NCBI RefSeq assembly: GCF_036365525.1
Contig: NC_090399.1
Location: 46,222,430 to 46,286,429, forward strand
DNA from: Heterodontus francisci
Lineage: Eukaryota
Direction: 5' to 3'
DNA: 64,000 nt
The notes below the pieces were generated by a model. The model did no database searches. It was not told the origin of the DNA and saw only the letters and a list, made by a program, of their open reading frames with translations. Shown piece by piece: positions 1 through 12,145 of the stretch (position 1 is its first letter; each line of letters begins with the position of its first letter). The position numbers were made by a program, and so were the translations under genes.

Positions 1-870
1 GATATTACTGTATGTGTGGATATTACTGGGTGTGTGGATATTACTGTGTGTGTGGATATTACTATTTGTGTGGATTATTACTGGTGTGGAAATTACTGGA
101 TGTGTTTTATTACTGGGTGTGAAGTTTATTACAGGGTGTGTGGATATTACTGGGGGTGTAGATATTACTGTATGTGTGGATATTACTGGGTGTGTGGATT
201 ATTATTGGGTGTGCGATTTATTACTGGGTGTGTTGTTTATTGTTATATACGTGATTTATCACAGGTTGTGTGGTTTATTACTGGTTGTGAGTTTTATTGG
301 AGGGTGTGAGGTTTATTACAGGGTGTGAGGTTTATTACAGGGTGTGAGGTTTATTACTGGGTGTGTTGTTTATCACAGGGTTTGAGGTTTATTACTGGGT
401 GTGTTGTTTATCACAGGGTTTGAGGTTTATTACTGGGTGTGTTGTTTATCACAGGGTTTGAGATTTATTACTGGGTGTGTTGTTTATCACAGGGTGTGAG
501 GTTTATTACTGGGTGTGTTGTTTATCACAGGGTTTGAGGTTTATTACTGGGTGTGTTGTTTATCACAGGGTTTGAGGTTTATTACTGGGTGTGTTGTTTT
601 TCACAGGGTGTGAGGTTTATTACAGGGTGTTTGTTTTATTACTGGCATGTGCTTTATTACTGGGTGTGAGGTTTATTACTGGGTGTTTGTTTTATTACTG
701 GCATGTGCTTTATTACTGGGTGTGAGGTTTATTACTGGGTGTGAATTTTATTACTGAATGTGAGGTTTATGACTGGATGTGTAGTTTATTCCTGGTTGTC
801 TGCTGTTGTTGGATGGTTTACAGTTCATTATTGGATGTGTGATTTATTACTGGATGTGTGGTTTATTATT
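1..870. repeat. GT-rich minisatellite (18-19 bp units, partly a 38 bp dimer)
   Basis: Tandem GGGTGTGTGGATATTACT units, then alternating GGGTGTGTTGTTTATCACA / GGGTTTGAGGTTTATTACT (period 38 at 361/399), decaying towards 870. Confidence 0.9.
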
Positions 871-963
871 GGGTATACAGATTACTATATAGAATTGCAC
901 AGAACTTACAGCATTGAAACAGACCATTTGGCCTAACTGGTCCATGTCAGTAATGAAAACATG

Positions 964-1120
964 AAATGCTGGAAATACTCAGCTGGTTTGGCAGCATCTG
1001 TGGAGAGAGAACCAGAGTTAATGTTTCAGGTCAGTGACCTGTCAATCTGATGACCTGAAACCTTAACTCTGCTTCTCTCTCCACAGATGCTGCCAGACCT
1101 GCTGAGTATTTCCAGCGTTT
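964..1120. mobile_element. Palindromic non-autonomous element (possibly derived from Penelope-like termini), copy 1
   Basis: Inverted arms AAATGCTGGAAATACTCAGC...GCAGCATCTGTGGAGAGAGAA and TTCTCTCTCCACAGATGCTGC...GCTGAGTATTTCCAGCGTTT around a short spacer. Confidence 0.7.
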
Positions 1121-1284
1121 CTTATTTTTGTTCCTCGCACTCCTCTTTATCTAACCCTATCATTATATAATTCTGTTCCTTTAACCCTCATGTGCTTATC
1201 TTTCTTCCCCTTAAATTGATCCGTGCTCAACACCTCAACCTGCACTTGTGGTAGCAAGTTCCACATTCTCACCACTCTGTGGTT

Positions 1285-1639
1285 TTAGATTTAGATTAGA
1301 GATACAGCACTGAAACAGGCCCTTCGGCCCACCGAGTCTGCGCCGAACATCAACCACCCATTTATACTAAACCCACACCAATCCCATATTCCTACCAAAC
1401 ATCCCCACCTGTCCCTATATTTCCCTACCACCTACCTATACTAGTGACAATTTATAATGGCCAATTTACCTATCAACCTGCAAGTCTTTTGGCTTGTGGG
1501 AGGAAACCGGAGCACCCGGAGAAAACCCACGCAGACACAGGGAGAACTTGCAAACTCCACACAGGCAGTACCCAGAATCGAACCCGGGTCCCTGGAGCTG
1601 TGAGGCTGCGGTGCTAACCACTGCACCACTGTGCCGCCC
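1285..1639 (-). mobile_element. tRNA-derived SINE with CR1-type 3' tail (shark HE1/V-SINE-like), copy 1
   Basis: Minus strand starts GGGCGGCACAGTGGTGCAGTGG (A box), has B box GGTTCGATTCT and ends in a TCTAAA-like tail; GGTT on both flanks; near-identical to the copies at 7650 and 18241. Confidence 0.9.
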
Positions 1640-2139
1640 AGGTTAAAGACATTTCTCATAAATTCCCCTTTTGGATTTATTAGTGACCATGTTACATTTA
1701 TGATCTCCAGTTCTGATCTCCCCCACAAGTGAAAACATGCTCTCAATGTGTAACTAATCAATCCCCTTTATACCCTGATAGTCCTGGATCAGCTCACCCC
1801 TCTGCCTTCTCTTTTCAAGCCCACGTCTGCTCAATCTTTCCTGACAGTTACAACCTCTCAGATCTGTTATCAGGCTTGTCAATCTGTTTTGCACCTCCTC
1901 CACTTCCTTTTTATTCTTTTTTATAATACTGCTGGAAGAAATGTCTGTCTAGTAACCTTGTAAAATCTGAAGAAAATTAATTGAATATGATAGAAATAAC
2001 TCTCACTCTCTCACTCTATTAAGAAAGATTCTATAGCAGTCTCCCTGACAGAAACACATAGGGCAGAGTCCGCCTGTTATCTCTGCTATGAGTTTAGCAC
2101 AAACTCTGAAACAAGACATTCCTAAAGCTGATAAGATGG

Positions 2140-3347
2140 AGCCTCGTACTCTCTGCAGATAGTTGTAGACTGCAGTAAGATAGCAATGGACTGGTCAGGT
2201 GGGCAGAAAAGTGGCAAATGGAATTTAACCCAGAGAAGTGTGAGGTGAAGAATTTGGGGAGGTCAAGCCAGGCAAAAAATACACAATAAATGGGAGGATA
2301 GTGATAAGTGTCAAGGAAGTGAGGGACCTTGGAGTGAATATCCACAGATCTCTGAAGATAGCAGGACTGGTAAATCAGGTGGTTAAGAAGGCAAATTAAA
2401 TCCTTTCCTTTATTTACTGAGGCATAGAATTTGAGAGAAGGGAGGTTATGCTGGCACTGTATAAATCATTGGTCAGGCCAAACTTGAGTACTGTGTGCTA
2501 AAGCCTGGCTCGGGTATAAAATTAAAACCCGATCCGGGCCCAACCAGACCAGAGCCAGTCCGAACCCGAGCCGAGCCCTTTAATGTCTTTCTGCATCCGC
2601 CCCGACCCGACCTGACACGAATCTCTTTCATCTGTTCCGGCAGCAGGCTATTCCTGCAGCTGGAGTTGTGGGGAATCATGGGGAAGCCTGATCCCCTGAC
2701 TTCCCGGAAGCAGTGTCCAGCCTGAGCTGACCCGAGCCTGAATTTTGGACTTGGAATTTCCACCCGACCCGACCCGTAGTCAGGTTTAGTCGGGATCAGG
2801 TAGGGTAGCCAGGCTTTACTGTGTGCATTTCGGGTCACCTCATTACAGAAAGGATGTAATTGCACGTGAGAGGTACAGAGGAGATTTACCAGGATGGTGC
2901 CAGGACTGGAAAAATGCAGCTATGAGGAAAGATTGGATAGCCTGGGGTTGTTCTCCTTGGAACCGAGGAGGGTAAAGGGCGATTTGATTGAGATGTATGA
3001 AATTGTGAGGGGTCTGGATAGAGTGGATGGGAAGGAACTATTTATCTTAGAGTGGTCAGTGACTCGGAGGCATAGATTTAAAGTGATTGTGGAAGAATTT
3101 GAGGGGAGATGAGGAAAAGTATTTTTTCACCCAGAGGGTGATGGGGGTCTGGAACTCACTGCCTGAAAGGTTAGTTGAGGCAGAAACCCGCAATTCATTT
3201 AAAAGGGGCCTGGATGTGCACCTCAAATGCCATAACCTGCAGGACCTGGAAAGTGAAATTCGGTTGGATTTTGTTTTTGGCTGGGACAGACATGATGGGC
3301 CAAGTGGCCTCATTCTGTGCCATAAACATTCTATCATTCTATGATTC
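2140..3347 (+). mobile_element. 5'-truncated CR1 LINE (RT C-terminus and 3' UTR), split by a hAT MITE
   Basis: Translates to WAEKWQMEFNPEKCEV, SYEERLDSLGLFSLEPRRVKGDLIE and FFTQRVMGVWNSLP; tail ATTCTATCATTCTATGATTCT. Confidence 0.9.
2499..2818. mobile_element. Non-autonomous hAT-type DNA transposon (MITE)
   Basis: 12 bp perfect TIR TAAAGCCTGGCT (2499-2510) / AGCCAGGCTTTA (2807-2818); 8 bp TSD CTGTGTGC (2491-2498 and 2819-2826); many CCCGA subterminal motifs. Confidence 0.9.
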
Positions 3348-4276
3348 TAAATGTCTGGCAGAAACGTACAAACAATCCTAGCAAGCGATAAACCACAAGA
3401 TGACTTCAGGGGCAGAGTGATGGGCATGGGAGGGGTTTACTTTTACTGTCTCTTGGTGATTGGGCAATTGGAATTGAACAAGTGATTGACAATGGGACAT
3501 CAAACAGCACCAAGAAATAAAAGGATATAAACAGTTACTTGGGGGGAAATCTTCAGTCTTCTTCAGACAGAAGGAGATCTTCCTGTAGCTTGGCTTCACC
3601 CGAGTGCTGGGCTTCGGCCGAACACATTGGTTAGTTCAAGATGACTGAGAACCCTGAGGACCAGAGAGACCAGCAACACCTCGCCTGCCTCATTCATCGG
3701 GGAGATGGTCACCATCGTTCTGACCATCTGAATGATCTGAGATCAGTAAACCATACAAAATGTTACAGGTCGTATGTCTCTTCTGACTACTTAGATTATA
3801 CATGTACCATCATATTTAAACTGCTGCGTCTTAATAAACTACTTTAAAACCACGTATGACTTTGACCCCCTTTTTGGGTAATCTGTGATGCCTGCAACTA
3901 AATTTTACACTACAGTGTTTCAGCTACGATGAACACATTCTGTGTGGGAGAGAATCACATCATGGACATGGCTGAATTTTATTCGGGCGCCGCATCCGCA
4001 GCAATGCCTGTTAAACTCAGCGGGGTTCCCGCATTCACTGTTGGCCGCTGAGCCCCCACGATATTAAACGCGGGGGATCATTAGCATCACTGTGACAGGC
4101 TGCCCCCCTCCACCCATATTACGTGGGGAGGGACAGGACATCCAGCGCAGTGAGGGACCTTTTGTCAGCTGTGCAGCAGGTGCTGGGGCCCTATTTAAAG
4201 CGCCCCAGCACCTGCTTCCTGACAGCTGCCAAAGAAATACTTACTTCACTGCTGAAGAGTGGGGCTCCTGTCAATC

Positions 4277-4458
4277 TGGCAGCAAAGCAGAAAGTGCTGG
4301 GGTAATTCAGCACGTCAGGCAGCATCTATGGGGAGAGAAGCAGAGTTACCTTTCAGGTCAGTGACCAAGTTCACAGACGTGAAAGTTAACTCTGCTTCTC
4401 TCTCCACAGATGCTGCCTGACCTGCTGAATTTCCCTAGCACTTTCTGCTTTGCTGCCA
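4277..4458. mobile_element. Palindromic non-autonomous element, copy 2
   Basis: Arms TGGCAGCAAAGCAGAAAGTGCT... and ...AGCACTTTCTGCTTTGCTGCCA; shares the core TCTCTCTCCACAGATGCTGCC with 964-1120. Confidence 0.7.
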
Positions 4459-5012
4459 CATACATACCCTGCTGTGTCCCAGTGTCCTGTGAAGCTGCGA
4501 TCTCTTCTTCCACTCAAGTGTTACATTGCTTCTTGTAGGCGTGCCGCACCTGGGTGAATTATCTTAATTTCGCACATTCCAGGACATGAGTCTTCAATGG
4601 ACCATAAAAGGCAAATACACAACAGAAATAAAATCACAATTGAAGAATATTGACTTTTATGGGCTTCTAATCATCTGACTATGAAAAGCCGCAGACAATC
4701 GTATTCGTTCCTCTGCCAACTGCTGTGTGAAAATACATGTAACTGCAATTAAATGATCTTTGTTAAAAAACTGGAAAATATGTTCATATTTTAGCTGCAT
4801 TGCCAACTAGAAATATTACATCAATATCTATGATCAGCTGCTGCAGTAGCAAAGTGCTCTTGAACATGTGTCAATGTATAATCGTTGAAAAACCATGACA
4901 ACAGCATAGATTTCCTCAGTAGTCCTACATTGGTTTTCAAACATGTGCAAGACAAACCTTACAGCCAGAAGTTAGAGCAGTTACACAGTGGAGTCACCTT
5001 TGCATTTAAAGG

Positions 5013-5320
5013 ACCACCTTCCAAACCCGCGACCTCTACCAACTAGAAGGACAAGGGCAGCAAATACATGGGAACACCACCACCTGCTAGTTCCCCTCCA
5101 AGTCACATACCATCCTGACTTGGAATTATATCGCTGTTCCTTCACTGTCGCTGGGTCAAAATCCTGGAGCTCCTAACAGCACTGTGGGTGTACCTACCCC
5201 AAATGGACTGCAGCGGTTCAAGAAGTCAGCTCACCCCCACCTTCTCAAGGGCAATTAGGGATGGGCAATAAACGCTGGCCTGGCCAGTGACACCCACATC
5301 CCATGAATGAATAAATAAAC
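5013..5320 (+). mobile_element. L2-like LINE 3' fragment
   Basis: Near-identical to 9430-9740; ends CCCACATCCCATGAATGAATAAA. Confidence 0.85.
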
Positions 5321-5339
5321 CAAAAGCCACAGATGACAG

Positions 5340-5510
5340 AGGGGTGCTCTAGGGTAGCCCCACAGTGCCGCAAAGCCTCCCTGCTCACTCTCCACCAGGC
5401 TGTGCAGACAAGGCGGGAGGTCCTTTTCACCAGCAATGGTAAGAAGAGGCCCTTCCGCCTGAACAACGCAGTCTGGCTGGAGATGGCAGAGGAGGTGAGT
5501 AGCCATCCGG
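5340..5510 (+). pseudogene. Harbinger-type Myb/SANT-like DNA-binding ORF fragment
   Basis: LLTLHQAVQTRREVLFTSNGKKRPFRLNNAVWLEMAEEVSS resembles the Myb/SANT-like pattern of Harbinger accessory proteins. Confidence 0.65.
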
Positions 5511-6193
5511 CGTCAAAGGTTCCAATGCTAGAAAGGGATGAAGGAGCACTCTCCCAGCCAGCCGGGGCCCTCTCGGCCTTGTGCACACAGGGTACGAGCA
5601 CTAAAGTCATCCACAGCCAAAGGGCAATCAGACCAGCAGCATTCCTCCAGTCAGGCTGCTCGCGCAGAGGTTGCACCGAGAAGGGGTACTCGCAAGCATT
5701 TACAGAGAAAACACTGACACAAATGGGAATGCACGGGTGTCACAGCAATGCAAATACATCTTCCACTAAATGTTCCTCATCAACATGTGCGTCCTTTTCT
5801 CTGTGCGAATGAGTGCCAGTATGTAGTGCCAATGTCACATCCCTTTGCACTTTTGGCCCTTTAGGACAGTATGCAATAACATCATTGCCATGCCACTATC
5901 ACTCATGAGCGCCTCCACGGATGCAATGACATGGACATTGCCTCAGTCAGCTGCTGCCTCTAATGGTTTACACAGGGATGCTGCAGATGTGGACTGGTGC
6001 ACAGCAGGTGAGCGAGGGTGATGTGTGGCTTGTAGAGCTCATGTCAGTTCCTATGGAGCAGACAGCCTTTGTCTGATAAGTCACTGCCGTACATCCCTAC
6101 CTCACTGCTAGCCCTGCAAAGAGATCCTGAGTGCCATCTGCCGTCCCATGTGCCTTTCCTGTTGGAGGTCCTCAGCATCCTCATATGGGTAGG

Positions 6194-6275
6194 TGGTGGC
6201 GTAGTGGTATTATCACTGGACTAGTAACCCAGAGACCCAGGGTATTTCTCTGGGGACATGGGTTCAAATCCCACC
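6194..6275 (+). promoter_or_regulatory. tRNA-like internal Pol III promoter (A and B boxes) at the LINE 5' end
   Basis: A-box-like TGGCGTAGTGG near 6197 and B-box-like GGTTCAAATCCC near 6261; acceptor-like pairing GGTGG / CCACC. Confidence 0.65.
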
Positions 6276-7649
6276 ACAGCAGAAGGCGAAATTTGAATTT
6301 AATTAATCTGGAATTAAAAAGCTAGTCTAATGATGGCCATGAAGCCATTGTCGATTGTTGTAAAAACCCATCTGGTTCACTAATGTCCTTCAGGGAAGGA
6401 AATCTGCTGTCCTTACCTGGTCTGGCCTACATGTGACTCCTGACCCACAGCAATGTGGTTAACTCTTACATACCCTCTGAAATGGCCTAGCAAGCCACTC
6501 AGTTGTACCTAACCGCTACAAAGTCTATAAAAAGAAATGAAACCGGACAGACCACCCGGCATCGATCTAGGCACCGGAAACGACAACGGCAAACCCAGCC
6601 CTGTCGACCCTGCAAAGTCCTCCTTACTAACATCTGGGGGCTTGTGCCAAAGTTGGGAGAGCTGTCCCACAGACGAGTCAAGCAACAGCCTGACATAGTC
6701 ATACTCACGGAATCTTACCTTGCAGACAATTTCCCAGACATTGCCATCACCATACCCGGGTGTGTCCTGTCCCACCGGCAGGACAGACCTACCAGAGGTG
6801 GTGGCACAGTGGTAAACAGTGGGGAGGGAGTTGCCCTGGCAGAACCTCCTACAGATTACCACCTACCGCCCTCCCTCAGCTGATGACTCAGTACTACTCC
6901 ATGTTGAACACCACTTGGAGGAAGCACTGAGGATGTCAAGGGCACAAAATGTACCCTGGGTGGGGGACTTCATTGTCCATCACCAAGAGTGGCTTGGTAG
7001 CACCACTACTGACTGAGTTGGCCGAGTCCTAAAGGACATAGCTGCGAGACTGGGTCTGCAGAAGGTGGTGGGGGAACCAGCACAAGGGAAAAACATACTT
7101 GACCTCATCCTCACCAAACTGCCTGCCACAGATGCTTCTGTCCATGACTGTATTGGTAGGAGTGACCACCACACAGTACTTGTGGAGGCGAAGTCCCGCC
7201 TTCACATTGAGGATACCGTCCATCGTGTTGTGTGGCACTACCACCGTGCTAAATGGGATAGATTTCTAACAGATCTTGCAATGCAAAACTGGGCATCCAC
7301 GAGGCGCTGTGGGCCATCAGCAGCAGCAGAATTGTACTCATCCACAATCTGTAACCTCATGGCCCGGCATATCCCCCACTCTACCATTACCATCAAGCCA
7401 GGAGATGAACCCTGGTTCAATGAAGAGTGCAGGAGGGCATGCCAGGAGCAGCACCAGGCATACCTCAAAATGTGGTGTCAACCTGGTGAAGTTACAACAC
7501 AGGACTATCTGCGTGCCAAACTGCGTAAGCAGCATGCGATAGACAGAGCTAAGCGATCCCATAACCAATGGATCAGATCTAACCTTTGCAGTCCTGCCAC
7601 ATCCAGCCGTGAATGGTGGTGGACAATTAAACAACTAACTGGAGGAGGT

Positions 7650-7998
7650 TTAGTTTAGTTTAGTGATACAGCACTGAAACAGGCCCTTCGGCCCACCGAG
7701 TCTGTGCCGACCATCAACCACCCATTTATACTAACCCTACACTAATCCCACATTCCTACCACATCCCCACCTGTCCCTATATTTCCCTACCACCTACCTA
7801 TACTGGGGGCAATTTATAATGGCCAATTAACCTATCAACCTGCAAGTCTTTGGCATGTGGGAGGAAACCGGAGCACCCGAAGGAAACCCACGCAGACACA
7901 GGGAGAACTTGCAAACTCCACACAGGCAGTACCCAGAATTGAACCCGGGTCGCTGGAGCTGTGAGGCTGCGGTGCTAACCACTGCGCCACAGTGCCGC
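7650..7998 (-). mobile_element. tRNA-derived SINE, copy 2, inserted in the LINE ORF
   Basis: Same family as 1285-1639; AGGT duplicated at 7646-7649 and 7999-8002; the LINE frame LTGGG resumes as GSTNIPILN. Confidence 0.92.
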
Positions 7999-9744
7999 AG
8001 GTGGCTCCACAAATATCCCCATCCTCAATGATGGGGGAGCCCAGCACATCAGTGCGAAAGATAAGGCTGAAGCATTTGCAACAATCTTCAGCCTGAAGTG
8101 CCGAGTTGATGATCCATCTCAGCCTCCTCCTGAAGTCCCCTGCATCACAGATGCCAGATTTCAGCCAATTCGATTCACTCCGCGTGATATCACGAAACGA
8201 CTGAAGGTACTGCATACTGCAAAAGCTATGGGCCCTGACAATATTCCGGCAATAGTACTGAAGACCTGTGCTCCAGAACTTGCCGCGGCCCTAGCCACGC
8301 TGTTCCAGTACAGCTACAACACTGGCATCTACCTTGCAATGTGGAAAGTTGCCCAGGTATGACCTGTACACAAAAAGCAGGACAAGTCCAACCCGGCCAA
8401 TTACCGCCCCATCAGACTACTCTCAATCATCAGTAAAGTGATGGAAGGTGTCATCAACAGTGCCATCAAGCAGCACTTGCTTAGCAATAATCTGCTCAGT
8501 GACGCTCAGTCTGGGTTCCGCCAGGGCCAGTCAGCTCCTGACCTCATTACAGCCTTGGTCAAACATGGACAAAAGAGCTGAACTCAAGAGGAGAGGTGAG
8601 AGTGACTGCCCTTGACATCAAGGCAGCGTTTGACTGAGTATGGCATCAAGGAGCCCTCGCAAAACTCAGGTCAATGGGAATCAGGGGGAAAACCCTCCGC
8701 TGGCTGGAGTCATACCTAACACAAAGGAAGATGGTTGTGGTTGTTGGAGGTCAATCATCTGAGCTCCAGGACATCACTGCAGGAGTACCTCAGGGTAGTG
8801 TCCTAGGCCCAACCATCTTCAGCTGCTTCATCAAAGACATTCCTTCAATCATAAGGTCAGAAGTGGGGATGTTCGCTGATGATTACACAATGTTCAGCAC
8901 CATTTGTGACTCCTCAGATACTGAAGCAGTCAGTGCAGAAATGCAGCAAGACTTCAACAATATCCAGGCTTGGGCTGATAAGTGGCAAGTCACATTCGTG
9001 CCACACAAGTGCCAGGCAATGACCATCTCCAACAAAAGAGAATCTAACCATCTCCCCTTGACATTCAACGGCATTACCATCGCTGAATCCCCCACTATCA
9101 ACATCCTGGGGGCTACCATTGACCAGAAACTGAACTGGAGTAGCCATATAAATACTGTGGCTACAAGAGCAGTTCAGAGGCTAGGAATCCTGAGGCGAGT
9201 AACTCACCTCCTGTCTCCCCAAAGCCTGTCCACCATCTACAAGGCACAAGTCAGGAGTGTGATGGAATACTCTCCACTTGCCTGGATGGGTGTAGCTCCA
9301 ACAACACTCAAGAAGCTTGATTGGCATCCCATCGACAAACATTCACTCCCTTCACCACCGACGCACAGTGGCAGCAGTGTGTACCATCTACAAGATGCAC
9401 TGCAGCAATGCACCAAGGCTCCTTAGACAGCACCTTCCAAACCCTCGACCTCTACCAACTAGAAGGACAAGGGCAGCAAATGCATGGGAACACCACCACC
9501 TGCAAGTTCCCCTCCAAGTCACACACCATCCTGACTTGGAACTCTATATCGCTGTTCCTTCACTGTCGCTGGGTCAAAATCCTGGAACTCCCTTCCTAAC
9601 AGCACTGTGGGTGTACCAACCCCAAATGGACTGCAGTGGTTCAAGAAGGCAGCTCACCACCATCTTCTCAAGGGCAATTAGGGATGGGCAACAAATGCTG
9701 ACGTAGCCAGTGACCCCCACATCCCATGAATGAATAAAACAAAA

Positions 9745-10140
9745 GTCCGAGGAGGAAATCTGTTGATGTCTCTCCTCATCATGCCAGGCCTGCCCCCATT
9801 GGGTGTGTAGTTGTGCAGAGCACAGCAAGCAGCAAAGAAAGTAGCTGGCCTTTTTGGCCCATAGTACAGGGCATCACCCTATTCATCCAGGCATTGGAAG
9901 CGTTTTTTCAGCATGCTGATCTCCTGCTCAATGGTGGCTCTTGTAGCTCAGTGGCTGGCATTGTATCTCTCCTCTGCAGCATGGTGGGGTCTCTCACTGG
10001 TGTCAGGAACCATGACTGCAAGGGATAGCGCTTGACTCCAAGAAGCCACCTCTCCATCTGAGCCAGTTCAGATGTGGCATGCCATGGCATTGCCCATCTT
10101 GGCCAACACTCAGAGTGGCACAGCATGACCACATAAAGAT
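9745..10140 (-). pseudogene. Harbinger (HARBI1-like) transposase, C-terminal fragment
   Basis: WLLGVKRYPLQSWFLTPVRDP and MLKKRFQCLDE*GDALYYGP..FAACCALHN match Harbinger transposase motifs; the acidic tail appears to continue beyond the LINE at ~6187-6108. Confidence 0.8.
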
Positions 10141-11224
10141 CCTACCAGCTGAATCAATTGCCCCCCCCATCCGTATAACCTTAACGCTCCTACCCTTTCT
10201 GGCACCCTCCTTACACACAGGGTGACTAGAGTGCCATTTCTCCTTCACACATACAAACAAATGCAGAGCATACACTGTCTACGGAGGGAGTGTACACACT
10301 ACTTCCCTTCATGCCTGCCGAGCTTGCCCTCCAGTAATCCCAGACCCCCTCCCTCCTTCCTTTAAGAAGGCAGAGTGAGATCCCTGAATATGCCCCCTGC
10401 CTCCTCTTTTCCTGAATGCAGAATGCGATCCCTGAATATCTCAACTTACCTTCTGCAGCGGAACCTTCTGCCTCCGACGACCCATCGGCTTTTTTGATCG
10501 TGAACTGGACGGCACGTGATGGTCACCCGTTCAACGAAAAATAAGGAAGTGTGCATGGAGAGTCGGTGGGCTGAATAATCTGCAGAGGTAAGTACCATTT
10601 TACATATGGTAATTGGGGTTCTGCCACCGAGTGGTGGGGGGGGGGGGGGTCGCACTGAGGTCCCTCTGTCGCTGGTAATTTGCGGGGGGCCCTTCTCGAC
10701 GTCGTGGGTGCAGGGGTCTTCTCCCCACAGACTTTTACCAGCCCCTGCGCCACGACCAGCGGCATCGAGGGGCCAGTAAAATACAGACTGGCAGTTTCTA
10801 GCCTGTTCTGGTGACACTGCAGTAGCCAGAGTGCATTAGGACAAACTGGTTCACTTGTCATCAGGTTAATAAAGCAGAGCTCTCACTCCTGTGAGAGAGA
10901 TGCATTATTTGTGTGTGAGTTTTCACCCTGTATCCAGTATGCAGAGTACATCATGAAACTAAATTTATAAAAAATGTCAGGCGCGAGTGACAGAACAAAC
11001 ATCAAAATTCAAAAGATTTTTGCATCTCATTTTTTAATTTAGTTTAAGCTTTTAGAGAACATAGTACATAACAAGTTCGATTGTAATCTTTATTTAGTAA
11101 GAAGCCCCATGCCCAGCAAAACATTGGCCATAACTGTACGAGAGCCTGTCACTGTAAGACAATCTTGCTCCCCAGTTAACATAAACTGGGAACTGTGCTA
11201 ATCCTCCAGAGAGAAAGAGATATC

Positions 11225-11337
11225 AGCACTGCAGCGGCTCAAGAAGGCAGCTCACCACCACCTTCTCAAGTGAAATTAGGGATGGGCAAAAAATGCTGCT
11301 CTTGCCATCGATGCCCACATCACATGAAATGAATAAT
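11225..11337 (+). mobile_element. L2-like LINE 3' terminal fragment
   Basis: CTGCAGCGGCTCAAGAAGGCAGCTCACCACCACCTTCTCAAG...CCCACATCACATGAAATGAATAA matches 9630-9740. Confidence 0.8.
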
Positions 11338-11804
11338 AAAGCAAAGTTTTACAAAGCTAGAAACCAGAATCTGTGAATTGCCGGTGAGCAGGATTAGGGT
11401 TTGGGAGTTACTGAGGAGTAAATGATGGACCATAGACAGAGGGAGATGTTTATGAGCTACTTGGATTGTGGCTGGAGATATTCGGTCAGGGCTGGAGCAC
11501 AGCAAATGCCACTGGTTGCTGCTCATTGGAAACTCGACAGGAAGTACAAATCTATCAAGAAAAAGACAGGAGAGCAACACTTCTTTTATAATCCTTAAAT
11601 AACTGAGGAAAAGTGGGAGAGAGGAGGGAGAATTAAACAAATAAAATCCTTCATCTTTTATAAATATTACACATCCAACATGGGGGAGTATAGCAAAAAT
11701 GTTATTGACTGGAACAAAGAGGTTTTGAGAAGGGGAGAACAGAAAGGAGGTAAAGAGAAAGCAGATCTCAGACTGTGCAGCCACTGCCATGAATTTGATG
11801 GATA

Positions 11805-12145
11805 GAATAACATAGAAAGTACAGCACAGAAACAGACCATTCACCCCTAACTGGTCTATGCCAGTGTTTATGATCCACATGAGCTTCCTCTCACCTCTTC
11901 ATCTCACCCTATCAACATAACCTTCCATCTGACAATGGGGAATGAACCAGCATTGGTGAGAGAATTAAATGTCGGGCAACATCTAGGCAATATTGAGAAG
12001 GATGCAAGATAAAAATAAAAGTAATAAATTGGAAAAACTAGAGTAAAAGGGGTAGAAGAGTAAAGCGATCTAGGGGTACAGATCGACAAATCATTAAAGT
12101 AATGGTGCAGGTTAGTAAGGCCATTAAAAATACAAACAAAGCATT
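11805..12145. mobile_element. Short CR1 fragments (3' end on -, RT piece on +)
   Basis: ACATAGAAAGTACAGCACAGAAACAGACCATTC tail-type motif; GATCTAGGGGTACAGATC (DLGVQI) RT remnant. Confidence 0.55.

Larger units (their letters stand above)
885..1930 (-). mobile_element. Decayed CR1 LINE 3' portion, interrupted by a palindromic element and a SINE
   Basis: CR1-type 3' end at ~885-950; CCACATTCTCACCACTCTGTGGTT resumes as AAAGACATTTCTC after the SINE; resembles the CR1 copies at 20213-20995 and 23395-23965. Confidence 0.6.
6188..9744 (+). mobile_element. Near full-length L2-like (CR1-group) LINE: tRNA-like head, AP endonuclease and reverse transcriptase, inactivated
   Basis: APE motifs (LTNIWGL..PDIVILTESYL, VGDF, LDLILT, SDH); RT motifs (NYRPI, LDIKAAFD, GVPQGSVLGP, MFADD); ATGAATGAATAAA tail; several stops and frameshifts plus a SINE insertion. 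Confidence 0.9.
3970..10788. mobile_element. Candidate decayed PIF/Harbinger transposon envelope containing later insertions
   Basis: Imperfect TIR GGCTGAATTTTA (3970-3981) vs TAAAATACAGAC (10777-10788), 10 of 12 matching; encloses a + strand Myb/SANT-like fragment and a convergent - strand transposase fragment. Confidence 0.45.

Noticed and set aside
14-328. Hydrophobic or Cys-rich ORFs at the window start
   Set aside because: Translations of the GT-rich minisatellite.
1441-1761. Recurrent peptide LGTACVEFASSPCVCVGFLRVLRFPPT (also at 7835-8215 and near 18259)
   Set aside because: Spurious translation of the SINE body.
3352-3914. Possible solo LTR (TG...CA ends, TATA-like motif at ~3525, AATAAA at ~3833)
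   Set aside because: No target-site duplication and no second copy in the window to confirm it.
6194-6275. Possible functional tRNA gene (also the SINE heads)
   Set aside because: No convincing full cloverleaf or oligo-T terminator; contiguous with retroposon bodies.
11089-11094. Minus-strand AATAAA as the poly(A) signal of the MHC-like gene
   Set aside because: It is about 1.35 kb past the stop across repeat fragments and cannot be supported without transcript data.
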